30,031 nt of DNA from Sphingomonadaceae bacterium. GTDB lineage: Bacteria; Chloroflexota; UBA6077. The translations under genes were made by a program, and so were the position numbers. Under the pieces are notes generated by a model that was not told the origin of the DNA, ran no database searches, and saw only the letters and a program-made list of their open reading frames with translations. The stretch lies in the NCBI GenBank assembly GCA_050261575.1, contig JBLNDL010000078.1, positions 124,001-154,031 on the forward strand, read 5' to 3'. Shown in pieces: positions 1 through 7,336 of this stretch; positions within the stretch are counted from its first letter, which is position 1, and every line of letters starts with the position of its first letter.

Positions 1-160
1 TGAACTTCTTAGCATCGGCGCTCGATATCCCGTACATGATGACAAAGAAGGCCAGAAGCAGCGTGATCATGTCGGAATAGGTCAGAAGCCACCGCTCCGC
101 GTTGTCCTTCTTCAGCTTAGGTGGTCTGGTAATCCTCCCGGATCCGGCCTGCTGCTGCAT
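1..160 (-). CDS. motB: Flagellar motor stator protein MotB, N-terminal part (runs off the window)
   Basis: Manual translation of the minus strand from ATG at 160 gives MQQQAGSGRITRPPKLKKDNAERWLLTYSDMITLLLAFFVIMYGISSADAKKF. This has the MotB WxxTYxDxxTLLxxFF transmembrane motif with the catalytic Asp. A GGAGGG RBS lies upstream and the ORF overlaps the motA 3' end. Confidence 0.93.
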   Translation of the reverse strand, partial: MQQQAGSGRITRPPKLKKDNAERWLLTYSDMITLLLAFFVIMYGISSADAKKF

Positions 161-938
161 CACCCTCCGGCTCCTCGGTTTGCTTGCCCCTGCCCTCCCT
201 GGGCAGGTACGGCTCCAGGCGTTCCTGCAGTATCCTGGGGTTCTCGCCCGACTGGATCGAAGCCAGCCCCTCCAGGATCATCTCGTCCAGCAACTGTGTC
301 TTCTCAGCCTGCTTCTTCAGCTTGGAACCCAGCGGCAGCCACACCAGGTTGGCGGTGCTGATCCCATAGAAGGTGGCGATGAAGGCGACCGCGATGGCCT
401 CCCCCAGATGAGAAGGATCTTCGATGTTGCCCAGCACATTCACCAGCCCCATCACGGTGCCGATGATGCCCATGGTGGGTGCATAACCGCCCATCGCTTC
501 CAGAAGGCTCGCGTCGGATTCCACCTCGCGATCTCGGACCGAGATATCGGACAGGAGAACACTCCTGACCAAGTCCGGATCAGTGCCGTCTACCACCAGC
601 ATTACGCCCTTCCGCAGAAGGTGGTTCTCCAGCTTGGGGACCTCCTCCTCCAGTGCCAGCAACCCCTCTCGCCTGGCACGCTCCGAGAGCCGCACGAGGA
701 TGTCCGCCACCCCGACGGCATCGGCGGTCTTGGAGACGAATGCCTTGGAGATCATCCTGGGCAGCCGAGCGAGGGTAGTGCCGGGGAAGCTGACCATCGC
801 GGCACCGAAGGTGCCGCCGAGCACGATGACGGCCGCGGAGGGCTTCAGGAAGGAGACCAGATCGCCATCCTCCATTATCACCCCGACGATCAGCGCGCCA
901 AACCCAAGCAGCATGCCCACTACAGTCGTGATGTTCAC
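117..938 (-). CDS. motA: Flagellar motor stator protein MotA
   Basis: 273 aa with four hydrophobic segments and the motifs ARREGLLALE, GGYAPTMGIIGTVMG and ATFYG. AGGAG-like RBS; directly upstream of motB. Confidence 0.96.
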   Translation of the reverse strand: MNITTVVGMLLGFGALIVGVIMEDGDLVSFLKPSAAVIVLGGTFGAAMVSFPGTTLARLPRMISKAFVSKTADAVGVADILVRLSERARREGLLALEEEVPKLENHLLRKGVMLVVDGTDPDLVRSVLLSDISVRDREVESDASLLEAMGGYAPTMGIIGTVMGLVNVLGNIEDPSHLGEAIAVAFIATFYGISTANLVWLPLGSKLKKQAEKTQLLDEMILEGLASIQSGENPRILQERLEPYLPREGRGKQTEEPEGDAAAGRIREDYQTT

Positions 939-948
939 CCTGCAAACC

Positions 949-1200
949 TCAGGAGACAGGATTGCGGCAGACGTCGTTGTCCGCCGCTGGGGCGTCTAGC
1001 CGATTCCTAAGGAGGGGGCAGAGGTGCAGCCTCCGCCGATACTCCACCACCCGTTCCACGATCTCTTCAGCGGTCTCCCTGACCACCAGCTTGTGGCCGT
1101 TCCACAATGAGACGACTGTGTCCGGCGTGCCTTCCACGGACTCCACCAGATCGCAATTGATGGTGAGTACCGAACCGTCGAGGCGCGTCACTCGGATCAC
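949..1200 (-). CDS. flbD: FlbD family flagellar protein
   Basis: MIRVTRLDGS...INCDLVESVEGTPDTVVSLWNGHKLVVRETAEEIVERVVEYRR matches the FlbD pattern (IxLTRLxG...N.D.IE.IE.TPDT.I.L.NG.K..V.E). Canonical position before motA. Confidence 0.9.
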   Translation of the reverse strand: MIRVTRLDGSVLTINCDLVESVEGTPDTVVSLWNGHKLVVRETAEEIVERVVEYRRRLHLCPLLRNRLDAPAADNDVCRNPVS

Positions 1201-1206
1201 GATCCC

Positions 1207-1947
1207 CTACCCGTCTATACCGACGAAGCCGGCGGTGATGGCGAGCCTCACGAGGCCCGCTCTTCCTCGAACGTTGAGCTTGTTGCAGATGTTGGCCTCG
1301 TGGGCCTCCACAGTCTTCACACTGAGACAGAGCTGATCGGCGATCTCCCGATTCGTGTAGCCCTCCCCAACCAGTTGCAGGAGCTCCCGCTCTCTGCTGG
1401 TCAGTATGTCGGGCGACTCGACGGCGTCGCGATTCCTCCACCGTCGCACGTAGTTGCCGAGGGAGCGGCCCTCCAGGCTCGGCGTTAGATAGGAGTAGCC
1501 CGCGTGGACCTTGCGCAAGGCGACAGTCAACTCCTGGAAGTCCGACTCCTTCAGAAGATATCCGGCCACGCTCGCATCCATAGTCCTCAGAAGCAGAGGC
1601 TCTTGCCCGCGAGAGGCCAGGATGATCACTCTCGTCGGCACCCTGGATCGCCGAAGCCGCCGGCTCACCTCCAGTCCGTTCAGCAGAGGCAGCCCCAGGT
1701 CCACCAGCGCAATCTCGGGCCCGGTCTCTTCTATCGCGCGAAGAGCCTCTCTTCCGTCCGACGCCTCACCAACCACCGCGAAGCCGTCGTCCATCTCCAG
1801 GACGGCTCTCAGCGCCTGGCGGAAGAGGGTGTGATCGTCCGCGATGAACAACCTGACAGCCGACGGGCTGCGGCGAGGCTGGAAAGCATGCATCAAGGTT
1901 GGCTCCATCGCCACGCGCCGGGCGACCATCTCTGCCGTGCTCAACAC
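1207..1947 (-). CDS. NarL/LuxR family response regulator (REC + HTH_LuxR), here called RR1
   Basis: IADDHTLFR, LVDLGLP and YLLKE receiver motifs, plus an LTSRERELL...TNREIADQLCLSVKTVEAH HTH. Start placed at GTG 1947 (or TTG 1944) after AGGAGGAGG; the exact start is uncertain. Confidence 0.9.
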   Translation of the reverse strand: MLSTAEMVARRVAMEPTLMHAFQPRRSPSAVRLFIADDHTLFRQALRAVLEMDDGFAVVGEASDGREALRAIEETGPEIALVDLGLPLLNGLEVSRRLRRSRVPTRVIILASRGQEPLLLRTMDASVAGYLLKESDFQELTVALRKVHAGYSYLTPSLEGRSLGNYVRRWRNRDAVESPDILTSRERELLQLVGEGYTNREIADQLCLSVKTVEAHEANICNKLNVRGRAGLVRLAITAGFVGIDG

Positions 1948-2015
1948 AACCTCCTCCTGACCACCTAACACAGTCGCGATCGGTGCCTTCTAGGGAAATC
2001 CCCGAAGCCCGCGTA

Positions 2016-2080
2016 ACCATACCCCGAGGCATCCAAGTGGATCAGGGTCTATGGTCCCGAAATACAAAGTCCATGGGCCA
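2016..2080 (-). promoter_or_regulatory. Putative activator-dependent promoter of RR1-flbD-motAB: tandem DosR-like boxes plus -10 TATGGT
   Basis: Minus strand TGGCCCATGGACTT (2080-2067) and GGGACCATAGACCC (2058-2045) are 22 bp apart, with TATGGT at 2021-2016. The same arrangement recurs at 3434-3500. Confidence 0.55.
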
Positions 2081-2188
2081 TCGGAATCTGGGCAGAAGGT
2101 CACTAAGGGGATCGAATGAGGAAGAAGCCGGCGCCCTCTTCTGCGCCAGCTCCGGTTGATGGGGATGCGGAGCTACTCGGCCCCGATG

Positions 2189-2857
2189 CTAGCTCTCGGC
2201 TTCCTGCTCGGTGAGTAGCCCATGCTTGAGGGCGTAAATCGCCGCCTGCACCCGGTCGTTGATCTGCAGCTTCTGGAAGATCGTGGAGAGATAGTTCTTC
2301 ACGGTCTTCTCGGCCAGGCAGAGCTCGCGCCCGATCTCCTTGTTGCTCATACCCGCAGCCAGCAACTTGAGGATCTCCAACTCCTTGGGAGTCAATCCAC
2401 CTATCCCTCGCTCGGGCTCCACCTGGCTAGCCAGCCTTCGGAACTCCTTCAGTACCGTGGTCGTCATCCGGGGATCCACAAGCGACGCACCCCTGGCCAC
2501 CATACGGATCGCGAAGACCAGATCCGACGGCTTCGCATCCTTCAGCAGATAGCCACGGGCACCCGCCCGCATGGCCTCGTAGACGTACTGGTCCTGCCTG
2601 TGCATCGTGAGCACGATGATCCCCGTGTCAGGTCGCTCCTCCAGGATCTGCCCGATTGCAGTGACGCCGCTCACCACGGGCATGTTGATGTCCATCAGCA
2701 TCACGTCGGGCATCAGAGCCCTGGCCTTCGCCACTGCCTCTATGCCGTCGCAAGCTTCGCCGACGACCTCTATGTCCCGCTCCAAGTCGAGGAGCTGTCG
2801 CAGCCCCTCGCGAAACAGGGTATGGTCGTCAGCGATAACGACTCTGACTTTCTTCAT
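2189..2857 (-). CDS. NarL/LuxR family response regulator with a DosR/DevR-like recognition helix, here called RR2
   Basis: Start MKKVRVVIADDH at ATG 2857 with a GGAGG RBS. Intact REC (LMDINMP, VLT, LLK) and HTH GMSNKEIGRELCLAEKTVKNYLSTIFQKL. Confidence 0.93.
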   Translation of the reverse strand: MKKVRVVIADDHTLFREGLRQLLDLERDIEVVGEACDGIEAVAKARALMPDVMLMDINMPVVSGVTAIGQILEERPDTGIIVLTMHRQDQYVYEAMRAGARGYLLKDAKPSDLVFAIRMVARGASLVDPRMTTTVLKEFRRLASQVEPERGIGGLTPKELEILKLLAAGMSNKEIGRELCLAEKTVKNYLSTIFQKLQINDRVQAAIYALKHGLLTEQEAES

Positions 2858-3023
2858 GAGGAGTCCTCCATGAGGATGCTCGGGGACCACTCGTGCCGCC
2901 TGGCAGCAGGCCGAAAGACATGATATACCATGACTCATCCGGGCTACAACAACCTTGCCTGAGGAACCCCACGGGTGTACCATGCGCAAGACGGCCGACA
3001 CGAGATATCGAATCGGAGGGGAA

Positions 3024-3395
3024 ATGGCACCTGCTGCTTCGTCCGGCGAGGGACGGGCCACCGGCAAGCGACCCGAGGCCTCCGTGGCGAAGGGAGGTAC
3101 GCCTCCAGCGTGCCACGGAGACACCCATCCTTCCCCAGGACATGCGGCCGACGTGGACGCGACGCTCGCCCTGGCGATCCAGGAGGAAAGGCGGCGGATC
3201 GCCTGCCAGATCCACGACGGTGTTTCCCAGAAGCTGGCCCTGCTGCTGCTAAAGGTCGAGATCATCACCCGACTCGCAGACAGCAACCCGAAGCGGATGA
3301 AGTCGGAGCTTTCTCAGATGACTTCCGTGTTGGAGTCGTGCGTCGATGAGCTGAGGAAGCTGGTCGACAGCCTCGCACCTCCCTCGTCCTCGTGA
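3024..3395 (+). CDS. Stand-alone HisKA_3 (DHp) domain protein with no ATP-binding domain
   Basis: GGAGGGG RBS before ATG 3024; 123 aa. QEERRRIACQIHDGVSQKL is the HisKA_3 H-box, followed by a second helix ending ELRKLVDSLAP and a stop. Confidence 0.75.
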   Translation: MAPAASSGEGRATGKRPEASVAKGGTPPACHGDTHPSPGHAADVDATLALAIQEERRRIACQIHDGVSQKLALLLLKVEIITRLADSNPKRMKSELSQMTSVLESCVDELRKLVDSLAPPSSS

Positions 3396-3433
3396 GCCCC
3401 CGGCTCTGCTTTCCAGCACCTCACCGCTCCACG

Positions 3434-3500
3434 AGGACTATGGCCCCTTCGGGTTCAGGACCATCGTCCGTGCCCCGAGGCCCGCACGGTAGGCTACCAT
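3434..3500 (+). promoter_or_regulatory. Putative activator-dependent promoter of the HD-GYP gene: tandem DosR-like boxes plus -10 TACCAT
   Basis: AGGACTATGGCCCC (3434-3447) and AGGACCATCGTCCG (3457-3470) are 23 bp apart, with TACCAT at 3495-3500. Confidence 0.55.
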
Positions 3501-3617
3501 GCCCCAGGAACCCCGCGCCGTTAAACTTGCAGGTCGACACCCTGAGATGGAGTGCGCTTTCCCCCGCCACAAACGCTGACGTGTTCCAGAGATACCCGCC
3601 TGGGACGGGAGATCTTC

Positions 3618-4973
3618 GTGCAGATCGACGACACTTCCGCGTGGAGACGTGCCATTCCCGTTCGCGCCGCCTCATGGGCACGGAGGGATAGGCTGGTCGC
3701 GGCCTGGGTTCCGGCCTCGTTCTTCCTGTTGGCGGTACTCTCGGTGGCTTTGCCGGCAGTGGTCGTTAGCAGTTCCGATATTCGACTGCCGATGGTGTTC
3801 CTCGTCGCCTTCGGCCTCGGTGTTCTGCTGCGGTCCTGCTGGACTTTCCCCTCTATAAGGCTGGGCGTGTGGACCGACCATCCCGGCCTCCACGCCACGT
3901 CACGGCGGCTCAGTTCGGCCCTCGATAGCGGCGACGACACGCGTAGGATTGCGGAGTTGGTGGCCGAGGGCGCGCTGAGCGTGACAGGTGGATCGGTGTG
4001 CCGGCTAACCCTCTCTGGCGATACAACGGTCCAAGCCGATGCGACGGGCGTCCGGTGGATCGATGCGGAAAGCCTCACCGGCCTCCCCTCCGAAGCTCCT
4101 CCTGGGTCCGGCACAGGAGCCTCCATGCGAGCTGAGTTGGCTGCCCTGGGGGAAGAGCTTGGTACTATCGTCGTGTGGCCACGGATCAACCACCGGTTTG
4201 GGCGAAGGGATGAGGATCTGTTGGCCTTGCTAGCGCAGGAAGCCGCCCTCGCCCTCAAGAACTCGCTTCTGATGGCTTCGGCTCACAATCAGATGCTGAT
4301 GCTGGAAGCCAAGATCTCCGAGGCCGAATGGTGGCGCACCCAATTGGGTGAGTACGCAGACAGTCTCGAACGCACGCACCGTGAACTAAGCCAGGCACGC
4401 ACCACCCTGGAAGAGACGTACATGCAGACCCTGCAGAGCCTGGCCAACGCCGTGGACGCGCGCGATGCCAACACATACGGCCACTGCCGCCGAGTCGCCG
4501 AACTCGCTTCGATGCTGGCGGTCGCGATAGGTCTGCCGGAGGAGGAGCGCAGGACGCTGGAAAGGGCAGCACTGCTGCACGACATCGGCAAGCTGGGCGT
4601 TCCAGACAGCACGCTTCGAAAGCTGACTCCACTCGACAGAGACGACGCTTCGGTGATCAGGCAGCATCCAGAATTGGGCTACAGGATGCTGTCTGGGCTT
4701 CGCTTCCTGGGAGACGGACTGCTTGCCATCCGCTACCACCACGAGAGGTACGACGGTACCGGCTACCCGTTCCGGCTTGCCGGCGAGCAGATACCCCTTC
4801 TGGCGCGGATCCTGGCCGTGGCGGACGCCTACGACGCTATAACGTCGGACCGGCCCTACCGACACGCACTCTCGAGGACTAAGGCGCTGGAGGAGTTGGC
4901 GCGCTGCGCCGGAACCCACTTCGATCCAACCGTGGTGGCCGCCCTCTTGCACGCACTCGATCAAGCTGCCTAG
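3618..4973 (+). CDS. Membrane-anchored GAF-like / coiled-coil / HD-GYP domain protein (putative cyclic-dinucleotide phosphodiesterase)
   Basis: Two N-terminal hydrophobic segments and a GAF-like C-terminal signature (FGRRDEDLLALLAQEAALAL). HD-GYP motifs: DARDANTYGH, LLHDIGK, HHERYDGTGYP, ADAYDAITSDRPYR. Start at GTG 3618 after GGGAGA is uncertain. Confidence 0.9.
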   Translation: MQIDDTSAWRRAIPVRAASWARRDRLVAAWVPASFFLLAVLSVALPAVVVSSSDIRLPMVFLVAFGLGVLLRSCWTFPSIRLGVWTDHPGLHATSRRLSSALDSGDDTRRIAELVAEGALSVTGGSVCRLTLSGDTTVQADATGVRWIDAESLTGLPSEAPPGSGTGASMRAELAALGEELGTIVVWPRINHRFGRRDEDLLALLAQEAALALKNSLLMASAHNQMLMLEAKISEAEWWRTQLGEYADSLERTHRELSQARTTLEETYMQTLQSLANAVDARDANTYGHCRRVAELASMLAVAIGLPEEERRTLERAALLHDIGKLGVPDSTLRKLTPLDRDDASVIRQHPELGYRMLSGLRFLGDGLLAIRYHHERYDGTGYPFRLAGEQIPLLARILAVADAYDAITSDRPYRHALSRTKALEELARCAGTHFDPTVVAALLHALDQAA

Positions 4974-5039
4974 GCCGGCATCTCTGGATCACGTCGGGTT
5001 GCCCGGCGCCCAATGTGCGCTCCAGCCAGAGTGCACCGC

Positions 5040-6701
5040 TTACCCCTCACGCCTCTTGTCATCCAACAGTCTGGCGATCCTGGCTCTGAGATCGTTCACC
5101 CGATAGGGCTTCTGGATGATGGCCTCCATGTCAGAGCATTTCTGCCCGTCCCGCATCAGATCCACCGGCCAACCGGTCATGGCGATGATCGGCGTCTTGG
5201 GCCTGATCCTCTTCATTCGAGCGGCCATCTCCCACCCAGTCATTCCGGGCATTCGAAGGTCGGTGATCACCAGATCGAAGTCGCCGTTCTCGAACAGCGC
5301 CAGGGCCTCGGCGGGGCTGGGCGAGAAAACCACTTGATACCCCACCATCTCGAGCGAGAGCTTCAGCGCCTCTCCCAGTCCCACCTCGTCGTCCACCACC
5401 AGGATGGAATGCCTCTGTCTGGAGGCCTTCCGCGCGACCTGGACGGCCGGGATCGACTGGGCCAGCGGTAGCCTCACACGGAAGGTGCTGCCCTTGCCGG
5501 GCGTGCTTTGGACCTGAATGTCGCCCCCATGACGAGAGACGATGCCTTGGGAAACCCACAAGCCCAGGCCAGACCCCGACTCTCCTTTAGTAGTAAAGAA
5601 GGGGTCGAAGATGTGCTGGCGGACGTCCTCCGATATCCCGCAGCCGGTGTCCTTCACGGAAACGGAGGCCCAGGCGCCCTCTTGCCCGGTCTCGATCTCG
5701 ATAGCACCGCCCGAGGGCATTGCGTCCACCGCGTTCATTATCAGGTTGACCATGACCTCCCGCAACTCCGACGGCACCCCCATGACCGTCGAGGTGGGTC
5801 CGGCCTTGAAGCTAACCTGAATAGCTCTCCCTTGGGAAGAGGTGTGCTGCCACCGCGGCCGGGTCATCTCCAGCACATCCTCAACCAGCCGGTTCACATC
5901 CAGCCCCACCAGATCCTGGTTTCGCTGCATGCGGGTGAACTGGGTCATGCGCCGGACGACCGTGATCCCATCGTCCACCGCTCGCCTGATGGCCTCCACG
6001 GACGCCTCGGCCTGAGGGGACACTACTTGCGCCTTCAGAAGATCCGCCCGCGCCGAGATCAGTCCGAGGATGTTGTTGATGTCGTGGGCGACGCCAGAGG
6101 CGAGCTCGCCCTGGACCACCAGCCGCTCCGAGCGAGTCAACTCGTCCCTTGCTGCCGCCAGCTCCTTGTGAGCGGCCTCGAGCCGCTCGTAGAGGTGGAA
6201 GCTGTTCACCACCGGCCCGAGCAGTTGGGCCACCTGCACCAGAGGGCGAACATCAGCCGGGCTGAAGCTCCCTTGCCCCACCCGGCCTGCCGCCAGCCAT
6301 CCCACCAACTGCTGAGCTACCACAATCGGGACGCATACTGACGAGGCCACACCACACCCGGCCAGCCATCGGAGCACGGGGTGGGAGCTCGCGCGGTTAT
6401 CCGCGCAGAGGAAAGGCTGGGACTTCTCCTCGGGAACGTCGTTGCCGAGAGAGACACCCACCTGGTGGCAGATCACGCCCGGCGAGGCAGGCGCGACCAC
6501 AGTGAGGAGGAAGTTGCCGTTGGGCAGCCGCCAGTAGAGGGCCAGGCTGTCGATGCGGACAAAGTCGTTCAGGTCGCCAAACAGCGCCTGCAGGAGGTCC
6601 TCACGCTCGAAGGTCGACCCCACCGTCCGGGCTACACGCTCCAGCAGGGATGAGTCGTACTGCTGCGCGCCGTAGCCCCTCGAAGATCCCTTAACGCTCA
6701 C
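5040..6701 (-). CDS. Cytoplasmic hybrid sensor histidine kinase (GAF-HisKA-HATPase_c-REC)
   Basis: H-box GVAHDINNIL, N-box VNLIMNAVDAM, G1 DTGCG, F-box FDPFFTTK, G2 GSGLGL. C-terminal REC with LVVDDE, ITDLRMP, MTG and KP. Confidence 0.95.
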   Translation of the reverse strand: MSVKGSSRGYGAQQYDSSLLERVARTVGSTFEREDLLQALFGDLNDFVRIDSLALYWRLPNGNFLLTVVAPASPGVICHQVGVSLGNDVPEEKSQPFLCADNRASSHPVLRWLAGCGVASSVCVPIVVAQQLVGWLAAGRVGQGSFSPADVRPLVQVAQLLGPVVNSFHLYERLEAAHKELAAARDELTRSERLVVQGELASGVAHDINNILGLISARADLLKAQVVSPQAEASVEAIRRAVDDGITVVRRMTQFTRMQRNQDLVGLDVNRLVEDVLEMTRPRWQHTSSQGRAIQVSFKAGPTSTVMGVPSELREVMVNLIMNAVDAMPSGGAIEIETGQEGAWASVSVKDTGCGISEDVRQHIFDPFFTTKGESGSGLGLWVSQGIVSRHGGDIQVQSTPGKGSTFRVRLPLAQSIPAVQVARKASRQRHSILVVDDEVGLGEALKLSLEMVGYQVVFSPSPAEALALFENGDFDLVITDLRMPGMTGWEMAARMKRIRPKTPIIAMTGWPVDLMRDGQKCSDMEAIIQKPYRVNDLRARIARLLDDKRREG

Positions 6702-6807
6702 AATGCGCCACCTTCAGGCAAACGTGGGCACGGAAGGGCACGACTGGAAGGGGAAACGTAAACGACGATTTCGGGAGACACCCGTGCGTTCGGCCCCGGA
6801 TGCTCGT

Positions 6808-6883
6808 TGGCACGCCTGAGAGGATTCGAACCTCCGACCCGCGGCTTAGAAGGCCGCTGCTCTATCCACTGAGCTACAGGCGC
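6808..6883 (-). tRNA. tRNA-Arg (anticodon UCU)
   Basis: Reverse complement GCGCCTGTAGCTCAGTGGATAGAGCAGCGGCCTTCTAAGCCGCGGGTCGGAGGTTCGAATCCTCTCAGGCGTGCCA folds as a cloverleaf with anticodon TCT and encoded CCA. Confidence 0.97.
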
Positions 6884-6923
6884 TAGCTACCGGCCGCGGA
6901 TGGAACGCGCCGGTTCAACGGGT

Positions 6924-6932
6924 ATTATACCA
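6924..6932 (-). promoter_or_regulatory. Extended -10 promoter element for tRNA-Arg
   Basis: TGGTATAAT on the minus strand about 40 nt upstream of the tRNA. Confidence 0.6.
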
Positions 6933-7074
6933 CACCTGAGACCCGCCAACCCCTACGGCGAGGGGCAAGAGCACGCCTCACGTATCCAGCGAGAGTCCGG
7001 CACACCAGCTCGTGCCGATGGATTCAACCGACGATGCACACGGCCGCGCTACACCTGAGAGGCCGCAGCCGGTT

Positions 7075-7102
7075 GTGGGGGGCGGGCCTGCAGGTCCGCC
7101 CC
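7075..7102 (+). repeat. REP-like hairpin (GTGG-type), also placed as a possible terminator of the tautomerase gene
   Basis: GTGGG-GGGCGGGC-CTGCAG-GTCCGCCC has the same architecture as the copies at 16406, 19625 and 19688. Confidence 0.55.
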
Positions 7103-7109
7103 CGTCGCC

Positions 7110-7298
7110 CTACTTCTGCTCGGAGGCCATGACACCCCCTACCGCCCAGTTCTCCTTGTCCACGTCCTCGAAGATGATCTGCGTGGCCGCGGGGGGGATC
7201 TTCGCCACCCGCTCCAAAAGCTGGGTCAACTCCCTAGCAAGCTCCACCTTCTGCTCGTAGCTGCGTCCCTTCCACCAGGAAACCCTGATTACCGGCAT
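7110..7298 (-). CDS. 4-oxalocrotonate tautomerase family protein
   Basis: 62 aa with N-terminal Pro1, GRSxEQK and ENWAVGG; AGGAGG RBS. Confidence 0.92.
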   Translation of the reverse strand: MPVIRVSWWKGRSYEQKVELARELTQLLERVAKIPPAATQIIFEDVDKENWAVGGVMASEQK

Positions 7299-7312
7299 CT
7301 GTCCCCTCCTGA

Positions 7313-7336
7313 TTCCCCTATTCCCCTATTCCCCTA
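7313..7336. repeat. Three tandem copies of TTCCCCTA
   Basis: Read directly; starts at the cinA stop codon. Confidence 0.8.

Noticed and set aside
1972..3617. Sigma-28 (FliA/SigD) promoters in the motility block
   Set aside because: I found no convincing TAAA-N15-GCCGATAA match; candidates such as TTAAA at 3521 or TCCGAT near 2085 lack the partner element.
6932..7062. ACACCTGAGA direct repeat (6932-6941, 7051-7060), similar to the tRNA-Arg 3' region, as att sites
   Set aside because: The repeats are short and lie on the 5' side of the tRNA rather than downstream, with no integrase nearby.
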